Made by a program: the position numbers and the translations under genes. Shown here piece by piece: positions 34,985-47,260 of a stretch of DNA of 64,000 nt (positions are counted from its first letter, which is position 1; each line of letters opens with the position of its first letter). Below the pieces are notes generated by a model. The model saw only the letters and a program-made list of their open reading frames with translations, was not told the origin of the DNA and did not search any database. Origin of the DNA: Nitrospirota bacterium. Lineage in GTDB: Bacteria > Nitrospirota > UBA9217. Location of the stretch: positions 81,978-145,977 of the forward strand of contig DASPSR010000020.1 of the NCBI GenBank assembly GCA_035623825.1. Reading direction: 5' to 3'.

Positions 34985-36430
34985 TCATATCTCCTCCGGC
35001 GCGGCCATGATCACTTTCCGCTCCAAGAGGACCACCAGGCCCGGTTTCGCCCCCCGGGGTTTCTTTACGAACCGTGCGTGTGCATAGGTGATTGGGACTT
35101 TTGCCGCTTTCCTGCCCTTGCTGTAAAACGCAGCAAGCGACGCTGCTTTCATGAAAACATCCTCCGGAATATCGGTGCGGCCCGGGTTCCGGATCAGCAC
35201 GTGAGAACCGGGCATTCCCTCGGCATGCAGCCAAAGGTCGTCGGGACGGGCAAGTTTCGTCGTGATGTAATCATTGCCCAAAGCACTTTTACCCACGAGC
35301 ACTTCCCATCCCAGGCACAGGATCTTTCTGATCGGCACTCCCTTTGGCTCGGACCTGGCCGCATTCGCTCCATTCCCGCGCTGCATGATATAGCGCCTTA
35401 CTACAAGTTCTGAATGGATCCGGACAAGACCTTCACGGTCAGGGGCGTGATCGATGTCGATCGACACGGATTTCAGATAAGATGCCTCTTCTTGCGAATG
35501 TTGCAGTCGCGTCGATATGATCTCGCGGCCCGCCTTCGCTTTCTTATATTTCTTGAAATATCTCTCGGCATTCTGAGCGGGAGAACGTTGCGGTTCGAGT
35601 CGCACCGCGACCATACGGCCATCGTAACCGGCAAGTTCCGCGTGCTTCATGCCCGTTGCCAGCTGCCCGATATGTGACAGGATCAGTTCTCCTGCCTGCC
35701 TGTACTCATCGGCACGGTCTGCAGAACGAAGGTCCTCGGAAAGAGCGGTTATCCTTCGTTCCACCTTTGACCGTGCCTGCCGGACGACCGTGGAGAGACG
35801 GGTACGGAGCGATGCAACATCCCGCTGCTCGATGAGACGCTCATAGAACGCTTCTGCGGCCCTGTTGAATGCCCGATCAGCGTCGTCCACGGGGGCAGAC
35901 GTCCCTTCGGTCGCATCGGGCGCCCTTTTTCCTGAAACTGCGCCATGAGGTCGTTTTGCAGGTACGACATACTGGAGCCCCTGCAAGAGCGGGCGGCTGA
36001 CGTTCTCTGCGAATGCAACCGCATGACGGACGGCGAGGATGGAATATGATGCATCGGTCAGAATGAGATTGGCCGAGGACCCCGTCAGTTCAATGACAAG
36101 CCTATATTCTGCGCCTGCTTTTGAGAAGCGTATTTCCGCTATCCTGTCTTGATTCAGCAGTACGATGGCCGAAATTACCGCTCCCGTCACTCTGCTTTTG
36201 AGATATTGGGCGAACCCGGTCAGAGCATGAACCGCGGGTGGTTTCGCGCTGACGAGATGGAGCCTCGGCATTGACCGGTCCGGGGAAATGAGCAGGACCG
36301 CGTTGTTTCTCCGGCGATGAAGAACAAGATAGAGTTCTCCGCCAAACCCCTGGTATAACCGGTCCACCCTCGCCCCAGTGATGAGAGTAGAAAGTTCATC
36401 TACGACCTTCTGAAGAATCTGAAAATCCAT
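34985..36430 (-). CDS. rqcH: NFACT/RqcH (FbpA-like) ribosome quality-control protein
   Basis: DRI, ELTG..ANLIL, NAERYFKKYKKAK, VGKSALGND, WLHAEGMPGSHV. Confidence 0.85.
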   Translation of the reverse strand: MDFQILQKVVDELSTLITGARVDRLYQGFGGELYLVLHRRRNNAVLLISPDRSMPRLHLVSAKPPAVHALTGFAQYLKSRVTGAVISAIVLLNQDRIAEIRFSKAGAEYRLVIELTGSSANLILTDASYSILAVRHAVAFAENVSRPLLQGLQYVVPAKRPHGAVSGKRAPDATEGTSAPVDDADRAFNRAAEAFYERLIEQRDVASLRTRLSTVVRQARSKVERRITALSEDLRSADRADEYRQAGELILSHIGQLATGMKHAELAGYDGRMVAVRLEPQRSPAQNAERYFKKYKKAKAGREIISTRLQHSQEEASYLKSVSIDIDHAPDREGLVRIHSELVVRRYIMQRGNGANAARSEPKGVPIRKILCLGWEVLVGKSALGNDYITTKLARPDDLWLHAEGMPGSHVLIRNPGRTDIPEDVFMKAASLAAFYSKGRKAAKVPITYAHARFVKKPRGAKPGLVVLLERKVIMAAPEEI

Positions 36431-36499
36431 ACACGTCGACAATCAGGCACTGTTTTCAAATTTTGAATCAAAATTTTATGATCGACACGATGTGCGACC

Positions 36500-37255
36500 T
36501 CATTGCACATGAAGAACTTTATGCACCTGGGGAATGACGCGCACATCTTGCAGTATCCGGAGGGCGGCATTCTGCAATTCAACCAGCGTAGCCGGCTCGG
36601 GAGCAAACCGGCCGCTCGCCGGCTGGATAATGAGAGGAATGGCGCCGTCAATACCCGCGATGATGTTCACTGATGTCATAATATCTTCGTACAACGTTTC
36701 CCGCGTCACTGCCAACTTTACAAAGACAGCTTTTCCGCGGACAAGGGAGAGAAACTTGCTGTGCTCATCCCAGAACGGCCCTAGGCCCGTTGCGGATGGA
36801 AGCTTGAAATCCATGCTTACTACGTCGACCAGGTCCCGGAGATCATCCATTTCCCGGTAATGGATGCCACTGGTTTCGAGATATATTCTGAAATCCTGCC
36901 TGATGTTCGGCAGCCATTCTGCCAGGAAATGATGTTGCAGCAATGGCTCGCCGCCTGTCAGACTGAGCGTGGAATTGGAGGGTCCCCGTACGATCAGCCG
37001 CTTACAGAACTCCGTCATTTGCTGAGCGTTTAGGGGATTGGGAACGCGCTCGTACTCGGCGGAATCTGTTGATCGTTGAGCGCGACAGAACCCGGGCTGC
37101 CCTTGACCATCTTCTCGCTCGACTGCATCTGGTGTATCGCAGTAGCGGCACCGGATATCGCATCCCATGAACCGTACGAAAATATGACGCTGTCCGACCC
37201 ATAGGCCTTCACCCTGCACAGAAGAAAAAATTTCATTGACGTGTGCTTCCCTCAT
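36500..37255 (-). CDS. queE: 7-carboxy-7-deazaguanine synthase
   Basis: EIFSSVQGEG, FVRFMGCDIRCRYCDT, TGGEP, IPQVHK. Confidence 0.9.
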   Translation of the reverse strand: MREAHVNEIFSSVQGEGLWVGQRHIFVRFMGCDIRCRYCDTPDAVEREDGQGQPGFCRAQRSTDSAEYERVPNPLNAQQMTEFCKRLIVRGPSNSTLSLTGGEPLLQHHFLAEWLPNIRQDFRIYLETSGIHYREMDDLRDLVDVVSMDFKLPSATGLGPFWDEHSKFLSLVRGKAVFVKLAVTRETLYEDIMTSVNIIAGIDGAIPLIIQPASGRFAPEPATLVELQNAALRILQDVRVIPQVHKVLHVQ

Positions 37256-37399
37256 ATTCGCAATAATACAGGACAAAAAACCGAAATACAAGGGCAGGCC
37301 AGAAAAACACTCATCCGGCTCTTCTCCGGTGCTAAAGATTTTTAAAAAAAATCCGAAAATAGTATTATGAAAGTATTCTTACACTTGTCTTTTTCCTGC

Positions 37400-37428
37400 T
37401 TGACAAACAAAAGCAAATCATGTAACTT
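37400..37428 (+). promoter_or_regulatory. Sigma70-type promoter for mltD
   Basis: TTGACA-17 nt-TAACTT. Confidence 0.55.
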
Positions 37429-37449
37429 AATAACTAAGTAGGAGGAAAA

Positions 37450-38787
37450 ATGTCACGCAGAATTGTCCTTATTTTTCTTGCACTTATCTTCGTTATGCTG
37501 CCTTTTTCACGACTTTATGCACAGGCTGCGATATCTCCATCCGAGGTCTTGACCGAGGTTCCCCCTCAATTAAAACCGCCCTCCGAGGATGTAGCCCAAT
37601 TGGATGAAGTCATGGATGATTGGGCGGATGATAAAATCTACAATATCCCCGTGATCCTGAACGACAGCGTGGAAAGCCAGATGGAATACTTCAAGTCACG
37701 AGGTAGAGACATTTTCCAGCTCTGGCTCGACCGCTCTGCCAGATATATTCCTGTCATGAAGGATATCTTCCGTGAGAAGAACCTGCCGGAGGATCTCGTC
37801 TATGTTGCCATGATCGAGAGCGGGTTTAATCCTTACGCTGTATCATGGGCGCGGGCGGTGGGACCGTGGCAGTTCATGCCTTCCACTGGCAAGCTGTACG
37901 GCCTCAAGATCGACTGGTGGATAGATGAACGCAAAGACCCCATTAAGTCGACGCAAGCTGCGGCAGAGCACCTGAAAGACCTTCATGATCTCTTCGGTTC
38001 TTGGCCACTTGCCCTGGCCTCTTACAATGCGGGCGCCGGCAAGGTGCAGCGCGCCGTGATCAGAACTCGCTCCGATGACTTCTGGGACCTCAAAGCATCC
38101 CGGTTTATCAGGAGCGAGACCAAGAATTACGTGCCCAAATACATGGCCGCTATGATCATCGCCAAGAACCCCGAGGCATACGGTTTCAGCCTGATGAATG
38201 TCGCGCCGTTCAAATACGACGAAGTGGTCATCAATGAGAGCACGGACCTCCGTCTCATCGCACGCTGCGCCGGCTGCACTTACGAAGAGATCAAGGAACT
38301 AAACCCGGAGATTAAACGGTGGGTGACGCCGCCGCAGTACAAAGACTATGTGCTGAGGATCCCGCCCGGAAGCAAAGAAGCCTTCCTGGCGAACTTTGCC
38401 GCGATCCCTCCTGAGCAGAAAATAACATGGGAACGTCATGAAGTGACCCGGGGCGAGACTCTTGCGGGACTCGCAAGGCAGTACAATACGACCCCCGAGG
38501 CCATCCGCGACATCAACGGCCTCACGAAGAACCGTATCACGCCCGGCAAACACCTGCTCATTCCCGTTGACATCAACAGCAAGGCGCAGGACGTGAGTTT
38601 ACTCCCACCCGGACAGGGCGCCAAACAGCAGATCGTCTACCGGGTCAGACGAGGTGAAACGCTTACGAAGATCGCGATCAAGCACAATGTAAGCGTCGCA
38701 GACATCAGGGAGTGGAACAAAGGTATCGGCAAATCCGTGCGTGCGGGGCAGAAGATAAAGCTCGTCGTAGACGTTGATCAGATATAA
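37450..38787 (+). CDS. mltD: Lytic murein transglycosylase with LysM domains
   Basis: AMIESGF, GPWQFMP.TG, ASYNAG, ETKNYVPK, LysM repeats. Confidence 0.92.
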   Translation: MSRRIVLIFLALIFVMLPFSRLYAQAAISPSEVLTEVPPQLKPPSEDVAQLDEVMDDWADDKIYNIPVILNDSVESQMEYFKSRGRDIFQLWLDRSARYIPVMKDIFREKNLPEDLVYVAMIESGFNPYAVSWARAVGPWQFMPSTGKLYGLKIDWWIDERKDPIKSTQAAAEHLKDLHDLFGSWPLALASYNAGAGKVQRAVIRTRSDDFWDLKASRFIRSETKNYVPKYMAAMIIAKNPEAYGFSLMNVAPFKYDEVVINESTDLRLIARCAGCTYEEIKELNPEIKRWVTPPQYKDYVLRIPPGSKEAFLANFAAIPPEQKITWERHEVTRGETLAGLARQYNTTPEAIRDINGLTKNRITPGKHLLIPVDINSKAQDVSLLPPGQGAKQQIVYRVRRGETLTKIAIKHNVSVADIREWNKGIGKSVRAGQKIKLVVDVDQI

Positions 38788-38820
38788 CCAAAAGACTGCT
38801 TAAAGAGCAATGTTACGAAC

Positions 38821-38852
38821 AAAAAGGCCGGATGCACATGCATTCGGCTTTT
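38821..38852. terminator. Bidirectional terminator between convergent genes
   Basis: AAAAAGGCCGGATGC-acat-GCATTCGGCTTTT. Confidence 0.7.
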
Positions 38853-38939
38853 GTTATTGATCCAGGACGATTCCGTTCGGCATCCTGCGATACCGCTTCT
38901 CCCCGGCAGAAACGGTCGTAAACGTCCCCGTCGGAAAAT

Positions 38940-39659
38940 TTATTTATCTGATTTTCCCGGGAACGGCTGTGGAACAGATTCGATTTTCTGGACTTTTCCT
39001 GTCGCCTCTATACCCCAGGACGTTCCGGCAAGCTTTTCAGAAACAATCTTGTATTTTCTTTGTGCCTCCACTACGTTCCCGGACGTCTCATAGAGCCTGG
39101 CAAGTTCCATTGTAGCGGGCCCGGGGCCCATGAGCGACTCGGACTGCTCGAACGATTTCATGGCGTCAGCCTGTTTACCGAGGGCATTGTACACATAGCC
39201 CATGCGCTGGTATACAAGACCGAGCAGCAATTTGTCGGCGGCATATTTTGTGACGAAAGTTTGATATTCCTTGATCGCCTCCTCGGGCCGGTTCAGGTTG
39301 ACGAGGCAATTGCCGATATAGTATTGGGCAACGGCACCGCTCATGGTGCCGGGATATTTTTTTTGGGCATCTCCGAAGAGCGCCAACGCTTTCCCGTAAT
39401 CCGCACTTGCGCCCGCGGCAGAGCTGTAATATTCATACGCCGCAGCCAGAAGCGGGGCTGCCTTCTGTTCTTCCAGATTCTTCATGAGCCAGTATCCGGC
39501 AGCGATTACCAGAAGCACAGCAAGGGACGATAGCGTGATCGCCACTTGCTTCTTATAGGAGGACGCAAAGGATGATATCCTGTGCGCAATGCTCAAAATT
39601 TCCTGTTCCGGCTGCTTTTTTGTTGCGTATCCTTTTTTCTTGATTACGTGCATCTGCAA
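38940..39659 (-). CDS. Membrane-anchored TPR protein (YfgM-like)
   Basis: Single TM followed by TPR-like helices (AQYYIGNCL...EEAIKEYQ). Confidence 0.8.
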   Translation of the reverse strand: MQMHVIKKKGYATKKQPEQEILSIAHRISSFASSYKKQVAITLSSLAVLLVIAAGYWLMKNLEEQKAAPLLAAAYEYYSSAAGASADYGKALALFGDAQKKYPGTMSGAVAQYYIGNCLVNLNRPEEAIKEYQTFVTKYAADKLLLGLVYQRMGYVYNALGKQADAMKSFEQSESLMGPGPATMELARLYETSGNVVEAQRKYKIVSEKLAGTSWGIEATGKVQKIESVPQPFPGKSDK

Positions 39660-39714
39660 ACCTCCGCATAGAATAAGATGCGATGGGGAAGGCCGACCCG
39701 CATTCCATCACGGT

Positions 39715-40380
39715 TCATTGCTTTTTCCAGGCGTTTATTGCTCTGGAGACCAGTTCTTTGGAGTTTCCGAAGATCTCTCCGATCCTTTCTTCGCTCAAAC
39801 CTGCACCAAGCAGGATGTTGTGAGCTTGTTCATCGGTGATCAGGTCGCCGGGCTCGTGCGTGTCGGTGTCGATCACCAGTTTCGCCCCCGCTACGGCGGC
39901 TATTTTCGCAACGTGGCCGTTCGAGAGGCTGTGTCCTTTACGCGAGGTTATTTCCAGACAAACGTTGTTCTTCGCCGCCAGTTCAGCTTCGGCTTTTGAT
40001 ATCAGGCCGGGATGAGCGAGGATGTCCACGCGCGCTTCGATCGCAGCCCGGTTCGTCCCGGGATGAACGGGCTCCACAAGCGTCTCCCCGTGCGCAACGA
40101 CAATGGCCGCCCCAAGGGAGCGCGCTCGCTCCGTGAGATCGGCAAATGTTTCAGGGGGGATGTGCGTGAGCTCGATTCCGGGCAGCGCTGTGATCTTCCA
40201 CCGGCGGTTGAGCTCCTTGCACGTGGCGCGCACCCGGGGGATGGTAAAATCCAGATTCGAGGCATCGGCGTGGTCCGTGATGGCGATCGCCTCGTAACCT
40301 TTCATTATCGCTCGTCGCACGAGCTCCGACGGAACAAGCACGCCGTCGCTGAAAAGAGAATGGGTATGAAGATCGATCAT
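39715..40380 (-). CDS. PHP-domain phosphoesterase (histidinol phosphatase-like)
   Basis: DLHTHSLFSDG, ITDH, ILAHP, DTDTH. Confidence 0.88.
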   Translation of the reverse strand: MIDLHTHSLFSDGVLVPSELVRRAIMKGYEAIAITDHADASNLDFTIPRVRATCKELNRRWKITALPGIELTHIPPETFADLTERARSLGAAIVVAHGETLVEPVHPGTNRAAIEARVDILAHPGLISKAEAELAAKNNVCLEITSRKGHSLSNGHVAKIAAVAGAKLVIDTDTHEPGDLITDEQAHNILLGAGLSEERIGEIFGNSKELVSRAINAWKKQ

Positions 40381-40451
40381 GATATCACCTTCGGTTTAAT
40401 GGAAATTGAAATGCGGCACATCAGTGTTCAAATTGATTCTTCCATTCGAGC

Positions 40452-41414
40452 TCATTTTCCCAAATCGCGCAGTGCTCGCAGCTTCTGTCCCTGAAAACTT
40501 CCTCTCTCCTCCATGAATGCGTCGAGATCATTCAGGAATTCGCTGCGGGTTTTGTTCCACACCGGCGCGATGAGGATATCCTCCGGGGCGGCGGCGAACA
40601 GCCGCTGGATCACGATGCGAGACGAGAGCCGCTCCAAAAAATCAGCGAGCATCTCGATGTATTCGTAATATCCGAAGGTGCGGAACGGCAGAGACGCATA
40701 GAGGTCGGCCAACGCCGTGTTCTTAACGACTTGGAGTTGGTGGATCTTGAGGAATTCTATGGGCAAGGTCGAGATCTCGTCGGCCATGGCGAGCATATCG
40801 TCCCTGGTCTCGGTCGGAAATCCGAGGATGATGTGCGCACCGATCTTGATGCCCCTGCCGATCGTAAGGGCCACAGCGTCCTTGAAGCACGCATAGTCAT
40901 GCCCCCTGTTAATGAACGCAAGAGTTCGGTCGTGAATTGACTGGAGACCGTATTCCACGAGAATGAAGTAATCCCGCGCCAGAGACCCAAGGAGCTCGAG
41001 CTTTCCCTCGTCCACACAATCCGGCCTCGTTCCGATGGCGAGCCCGATCACACCGGGGTTATCGAGCGCCTCGCGGTAGAGCCGTTCGAGTGTTTCGACC
41101 GGCGCATAGGTATTCGTGTAAGGCTGGAAATAGACGAGGAACTTTTCCGCGCCGTAGCGGGAACGAAGGTAGGGAATGCCCTTCTCGATCTGCTCGCGCA
41201 GCGACGTCGCGCTTGTGCACGCCGTCGGCCTGAAGCTTTCGTTATTGCAGTAAATACAGCCGCCGGCCGCCACCGTGCCGTCACGATTGGGGCAGGTAAA
41301 CCCCGCGTCGACGTTCACCTTGTAGACCGGCGCGTGGTACCGATCCTTCATGTACTGCCCGAAGGCATAATAGCGCCTCGCCGCCTGTCTTATCGGTATT
41401 TCCGAAGTTTTCAT
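40452..41414 (-). CDS. YhcC/YtqA-family radical SAM protein
   Basis: GFTCPNRDG....GCIYC, YFQPYTNTY, IGTRPDC, NRGHD. Confidence 0.9.
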   Translation of the reverse strand: MKTSEIPIRQAARRYYAFGQYMKDRYHAPVYKVNVDAGFTCPNRDGTVAAGGCIYCNNESFRPTACTSATSLREQIEKGIPYLRSRYGAEKFLVYFQPYTNTYAPVETLERLYREALDNPGVIGLAIGTRPDCVDEGKLELLGSLARDYFILVEYGLQSIHDRTLAFINRGHDYACFKDAVALTIGRGIKIGAHIILGFPTETRDDMLAMADEISTLPIEFLKIHQLQVVKNTALADLYASLPFRTFGYYEYIEMLADFLERLSSRIVIQRLFAAAPEDILIAPVWNKTRSEFLNDLDAFMEERGSFQGQKLRALRDLGK

Positions 41415-41617
41415 GATTGTGTGTTTCCTGTTCAATCCAAATTATCGGAACTGTTGCTGTAATATACCAGAGGAAAGAGAAAAAATCCAGAAGTGAATTT
41501 ATAAGGTGACTGCCGGGGGCCATGTCAGATGGACCCGGCCGTACTGAAATTTCTCACGTATCCGCGCATTTTTCTCCTGCTTCGATGGCGATCGATGATC
41601 CTCCCATCAAGCGGATG

Positions 41618-42019
41618 TCATGCGATGCCCAATGGCGTCACCGCAGCATCGATGAAATCCTCCGCCTCGGCCATGAGCGCTTCTACCTCCGCTCTCACAA
41701 TCATCCTCTGTCCACCCGGTGAACATTTCGGCTTCAGGTCAAATGCCCTGCGCAGGGCGTCCAGGAAACGTCTCTCGAAAAGGCCTTTCTCTACGAATTC
41801 CTTTTCGAAGAGCGAAATTGATACATTCTGCATCGAAGCCGAAATGCCCCTGGCGCGCAGCAGAGCGAGCACCGGATAGTAGTAGGCATAGTACAAAGTG
41901 TTTATCACATAGTGAAGGTCAGCACCGGCAGCGAGAAGGCTCTTAGCCTCTTCATATGCATCTCTCGCCTGCGCCAGCTTGAAACGCATGTATTCTTTGT
42001 CCGCATCTTTTATTTCCAT
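41618..42019 (-). CDS. HEPN-domain protein, degenerate
   Basis: A..AYEEA..LL, N.LYYAYY...ALL, LFEKEFV, AEDFI. Confidence 0.75.
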   Translation of the reverse strand: MEIKDADKEYMRFKLAQARDAYEEAKSLLAAGADLHYVINTLYYAYYYPVLALLRARGISASMQNVSISLFEKEFVEKGLFERRFLDALRRAFDLKPKCSPGGQRMIVRAEVEALMAEAEDFIDAAVTPLGIA

Positions 42020-42074
42020 AAAGGCCCGGTCTCATACCTCATATGTTTCGGTCCTGTGTCCGATGCTCAATCCC

Positions 42075-42578
42075 CTACCTTGTCCAGACCGCCGTCCTGC
42101 CGATAATCGATATGCCGATGAAGCCCCTGAGGTTCAACTGGCCAGGAGACACAAGCGTCATCTTTCCGCTGTACGTTTTCCCGTTTTTCGGATCATACAC
42201 TTTGCCGCCTTTCCACAATCTGTCTCCCGTGTAAGCGAAATCATGCATGATCCGGAGTCCCATGACCGGCCTGGCTCTCTGCGTCGGATCCGGGTTGTTG
42301 CGGTCGAGCCTCGGCGCGCCAGGCGGCCCTTCGTTTGAACCCTCGAGGTAGTTCGGCTCCTTGAGCCAGACGATTTTGCCGCAGTACTTTTCTCCGCACT
42401 TGAAAATCTCTATTTTGGCGTCTTTCTCCTCATTGTTCCACACGCCCAGGATGTCGTCCGCCCCCGCGGCGTAAACGAATGTGGCGACCAATGGGAGCGC
42501 ACCGCCAGTTAGCATGGCCATGACGGTTCTCATGGCCCCCCTACCGATCATTATTGCGATTGCCTTGTAAAAAGACAT
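42075..42578 (-). CDS. DUF2147 family exported protein
   Basis: YCGKIVWL, D.NNPDP..R.RP..GL, GGKVYDPKNGKTY, RGFIG...IGRT..WTR; true start may be downstream. Confidence 0.88.
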   Translation of the reverse strand: MSFYKAIAIMIGRGAMRTVMAMLTGGALPLVATFVYAAGADDILGVWNNEEKDAKIEIFKCGEKYCGKIVWLKEPNYLEGSNEGPPGAPRLDRNNPDPTQRARPVMGLRIMHDFAYTGDRLWKGGKVYDPKNGKTYSGKMTLVSPGQLNLRGFIGISIIGRTAVWTR

Positions 42579-42831
42579 GTCCCCTTCTCAAACCCATTCT
42601 TTATGTGGAAACGGGAATCCTCTTCGCTGTGCGACGCCGATTTCGGCTCAATCCTATTACAGCCGGTTTGTTGTCAGCATCAACCACAGCACGTAACAAA
42701 ACCGTGTTGTCGCCTTGACCTCAATACGATTCTTCCACGACCATTTCTTCTGGCAGCAATCGCTAAAAATTATCAAGACCGCGTCAATATCCGCTTCCGT
42801 GATTCCCCATGACCGTGCTCATAGTCAACCG

Positions 42832-43674
42832 CTATCTCCCCGTTAATGACCTCACAACCTTCATATTCCTCGGGTCGTCCTCCTCCGTCTCCTTCGGTGT
42901 TTCCATGATCTTGGGAATGTCTTTGAATATCGGGTGATTGAGCAGTATTTTGAAGCCGTCAAGACCGATTTTGCCTTCGCCGATATGCCAATGGCGGTCG
43001 ACATGGGAATTGAAATCTTTCAAGCAATCGTTCAAATGCATGCCCTTAAGCCGCTTGAGGCCCACGGTAGACGCTATCTTCTCGGCAAGTGCATCTATCC
43101 CTTTTTGAGAACGGATATCGTAGCCGGCGGCAAAACCGTGGCATGTATCATAGCAAATGCCGAACCGTGAGGAGTCAGTGAGACGGGAAATGACCTCCTG
43201 TACCTGTTCAAGAGTGTACCCGACGTCTCCTGACTCGCCCGCGGTGTTCTCGAGCAGCGTCGTTGCCCTGGGAGGATGAAGCCTCATTGCCATGTTCAAG
43301 GCGCTCGATACGCGTTCGATCATCCAGTCCTCGCTGCGGCTGCTCGCGGAGCCAAGATGGGTGACGAGATATTCCGCGCCGAGCGCTTCTGTGCGTTCGA
43401 GATCAATCACAAACTGTTCTACGGACTTTTCGTACAGGTCGGGACGAGGCGACGCAAGATTGATAAGATAGTTTGTATGCACGAAGACAGGGCCGATGTC
43501 CCATTGCTCGCGAAGTCTTCTGAACTCGGCAATATCGCTTTTATCAAGCGGTTTCACCGTCCACCCGCGGGGGTTCCTGCTGAAGATCTGCATGCAGGTG
43601 CAGCCGAGTTCGAAGGCACGCCGGACCGCGAGGGAAAAGCCGCCGGAAATGGAGACGTGAAAGCCGATTCGCAT
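42832..43674 (-). CDS. nfo: Endonuclease IV
   Basis: GFHVSISGG, H..YLINLAS, LENTAG, DTCH.FAAGYD, HLND, DRH.HIG, METP. Confidence 0.95.
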   Translation of the reverse strand: MRIGFHVSISGGFSLAVRRAFELGCTCMQIFSRNPRGWTVKPLDKSDIAEFRRLREQWDIGPVFVHTNYLINLASPRPDLYEKSVEQFVIDLERTEALGAEYLVTHLGSASSRSEDWMIERVSSALNMAMRLHPPRATTLLENTAGESGDVGYTLEQVQEVISRLTDSSRFGICYDTCHGFAAGYDIRSQKGIDALAEKIASTVGLKRLKGMHLNDCLKDFNSHVDRHWHIGEGKIGLDGFKILLNHPIFKDIPKIMETPKETEEDDPRNMKVVRSLTGR

Positions 43675-43767
43675 AGAGCCCTTGTTACGGTAAAAGTCGC
43701 AGACGGCCCGGAGGGCAGCCTTTTTTACCGCGAATGAATGCGGGCTGTGAACTAGAAAGGCGGCCGA

Positions 43768-45831
<2,064 letters not shown>

Positions 45832-45867
45832 CTATATAAACCTCTCGTGCACCGCTCACCGCAAACC

Positions 45868-47253
45868 CTACTCCCCGCTCTTCTCCTCCAGCTGATAATC
45901 CTTTATTTTCGTCAGGAGCGTCTTGTAGCTTACCTGGAGTATTTCGGCGGCCCGCGTCTTGTTTCCGCCGGTTTGTTTGAGGACCTGCCGTATCCTGCGA
46001 GACTCCGCAATACGCGTCGCCGCTTCGGCGATAGCATGAAGCGGGCCATCCATTGGTACGTTTTCGGTAAGGGCGTCGATGATGCTTGATTCGCTGATGC
46101 CGAGATCCTGGGCTCGGATTACGCCGCCTTCGGCATAGATCACGGCGCGTTCGATCACGTTCTCAAGCTCGCGCACGTTCCCTTTCCAGGGGCACTTTAT
46201 GAGGATGTCCATGGCCTCTTCGGAGATCGTGAGTGGACCCTTGCGGACCTCGGCAGAGTATTTGTTGAGAAAATGCTGGGCCAGTGCGGGGATGTCGTCG
46301 CGCCGTTCCCTGAGCGGCGCAATAGTGATAGGAAAGACGTTCAGCCGGTAAAACAAGTCCTCGCGGAACAGCTTTGCTGCCACCGCCTTCTCCATGTCCT
46401 TGTTCGTCGCAGCCACGACGCGCACGTTGATCTTGATGGGCTTGCCGCCACCGACGCGTTCGATCACCTGTTCCTGGAGCACGCGGAGGAGCTTTGCCTG
46501 GAGGGCCAAGTCCATGTCGCCGATCTCGTCAAGGAACACCGTCCCTTTGTCCGCAAGCTCAAGCTTGCCGAGTTTCCGGGCGTCAGCTCCTGTGAACGCT
46601 CCGCGTTCGTAGCCGAAGAGCTCGCTTTCAAGCAGCTCCCGAGGTATCGCCGCGGAATTGATCGCCAGGAACGGCGCGTCCTTGCGCGGGCTCAGGTGGT
46701 GGATGGCGCGAGCGAAGAGTTCTTTGCCTGTGCCGCTCTCGCCGTGTATCATCACGGTGGCGTTCGTGGGAGCCACTTTCTGTATCTTCGCCGTTATCTC
46801 CTGGAGCTGGGCGCTTTTGCCGATGATCTTCGGCAAACCGAGCCGGTCGGCAAACTCTTCTTTAAGCAGGATGTTTTCCGTGGCCAGACGCGAGGCGTCT
46901 AGCGCCCGTTTTATGATCACGAGCAGGTGTTCCGTATCGAAGGGTTTGGTGAGGAAGTCGTAAGCCCCCTCCTTCACAGCCTTCACAGCGGTCTCGATCG
47001 TACCAAACGCCGTCATCACGATCACCGGCAGTAACGGACTTTCCTCTTTCACGGCATTAAGCACGTCGAAGCCGTCCTTCTTCGGGAGCTTGAGGTCCGT
47101 GAGCACTATTCCGATGCGTTCGTCGGTAAGCTTCTTGATTCCTTCGGCGCCGTCCCGAGCGGGAATCACCCGGTAGCCTTCGGCCTCAAGGGTCTGCTTG
47201 AGCATGTCGAGCATGCTCTCTTTGTCTTCAATTACCAGGATCGTGTCAGCCAT
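45868..47253 (-). CDS. Sigma-54-dependent response regulator (NtrC family)
   Basis: REC domain, GESGTGKE, GAFTGA, Fis-type HTH. Confidence 0.93.
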   Translation of the reverse strand: MADTILVIEDKESMLDMLKQTLEAEGYRVIPARDGAEGIKKLTDERIGIVLTDLKLPKKDGFDVLNAVKEESPLLPVIVMTAFGTIETAVKAVKEGAYDFLTKPFDTEHLLVIIKRALDASRLATENILLKEEFADRLGLPKIIGKSAQLQEITAKIQKVAPTNATVMIHGESGTGKELFARAIHHLSPRKDAPFLAINSAAIPRELLESELFGYERGAFTGADARKLGKLELADKGTVFLDEIGDMDLALQAKLLRVLQEQVIERVGGGKPIKINVRVVAATNKDMEKAVAAKLFREDLFYRLNVFPITIAPLRERRDDIPALAQHFLNKYSAEVRKGPLTISEEAMDILIKCPWKGNVRELENVIERAVIYAEGGVIRAQDLGISESSIIDALTENVPMDGPLHAIAEAATRIAESRRIRQVLKQTGGNKTRAAEILQVSYKTLLTKIKDYQLEEKSGE

Positions 47254-47260
47254 CCGATCT

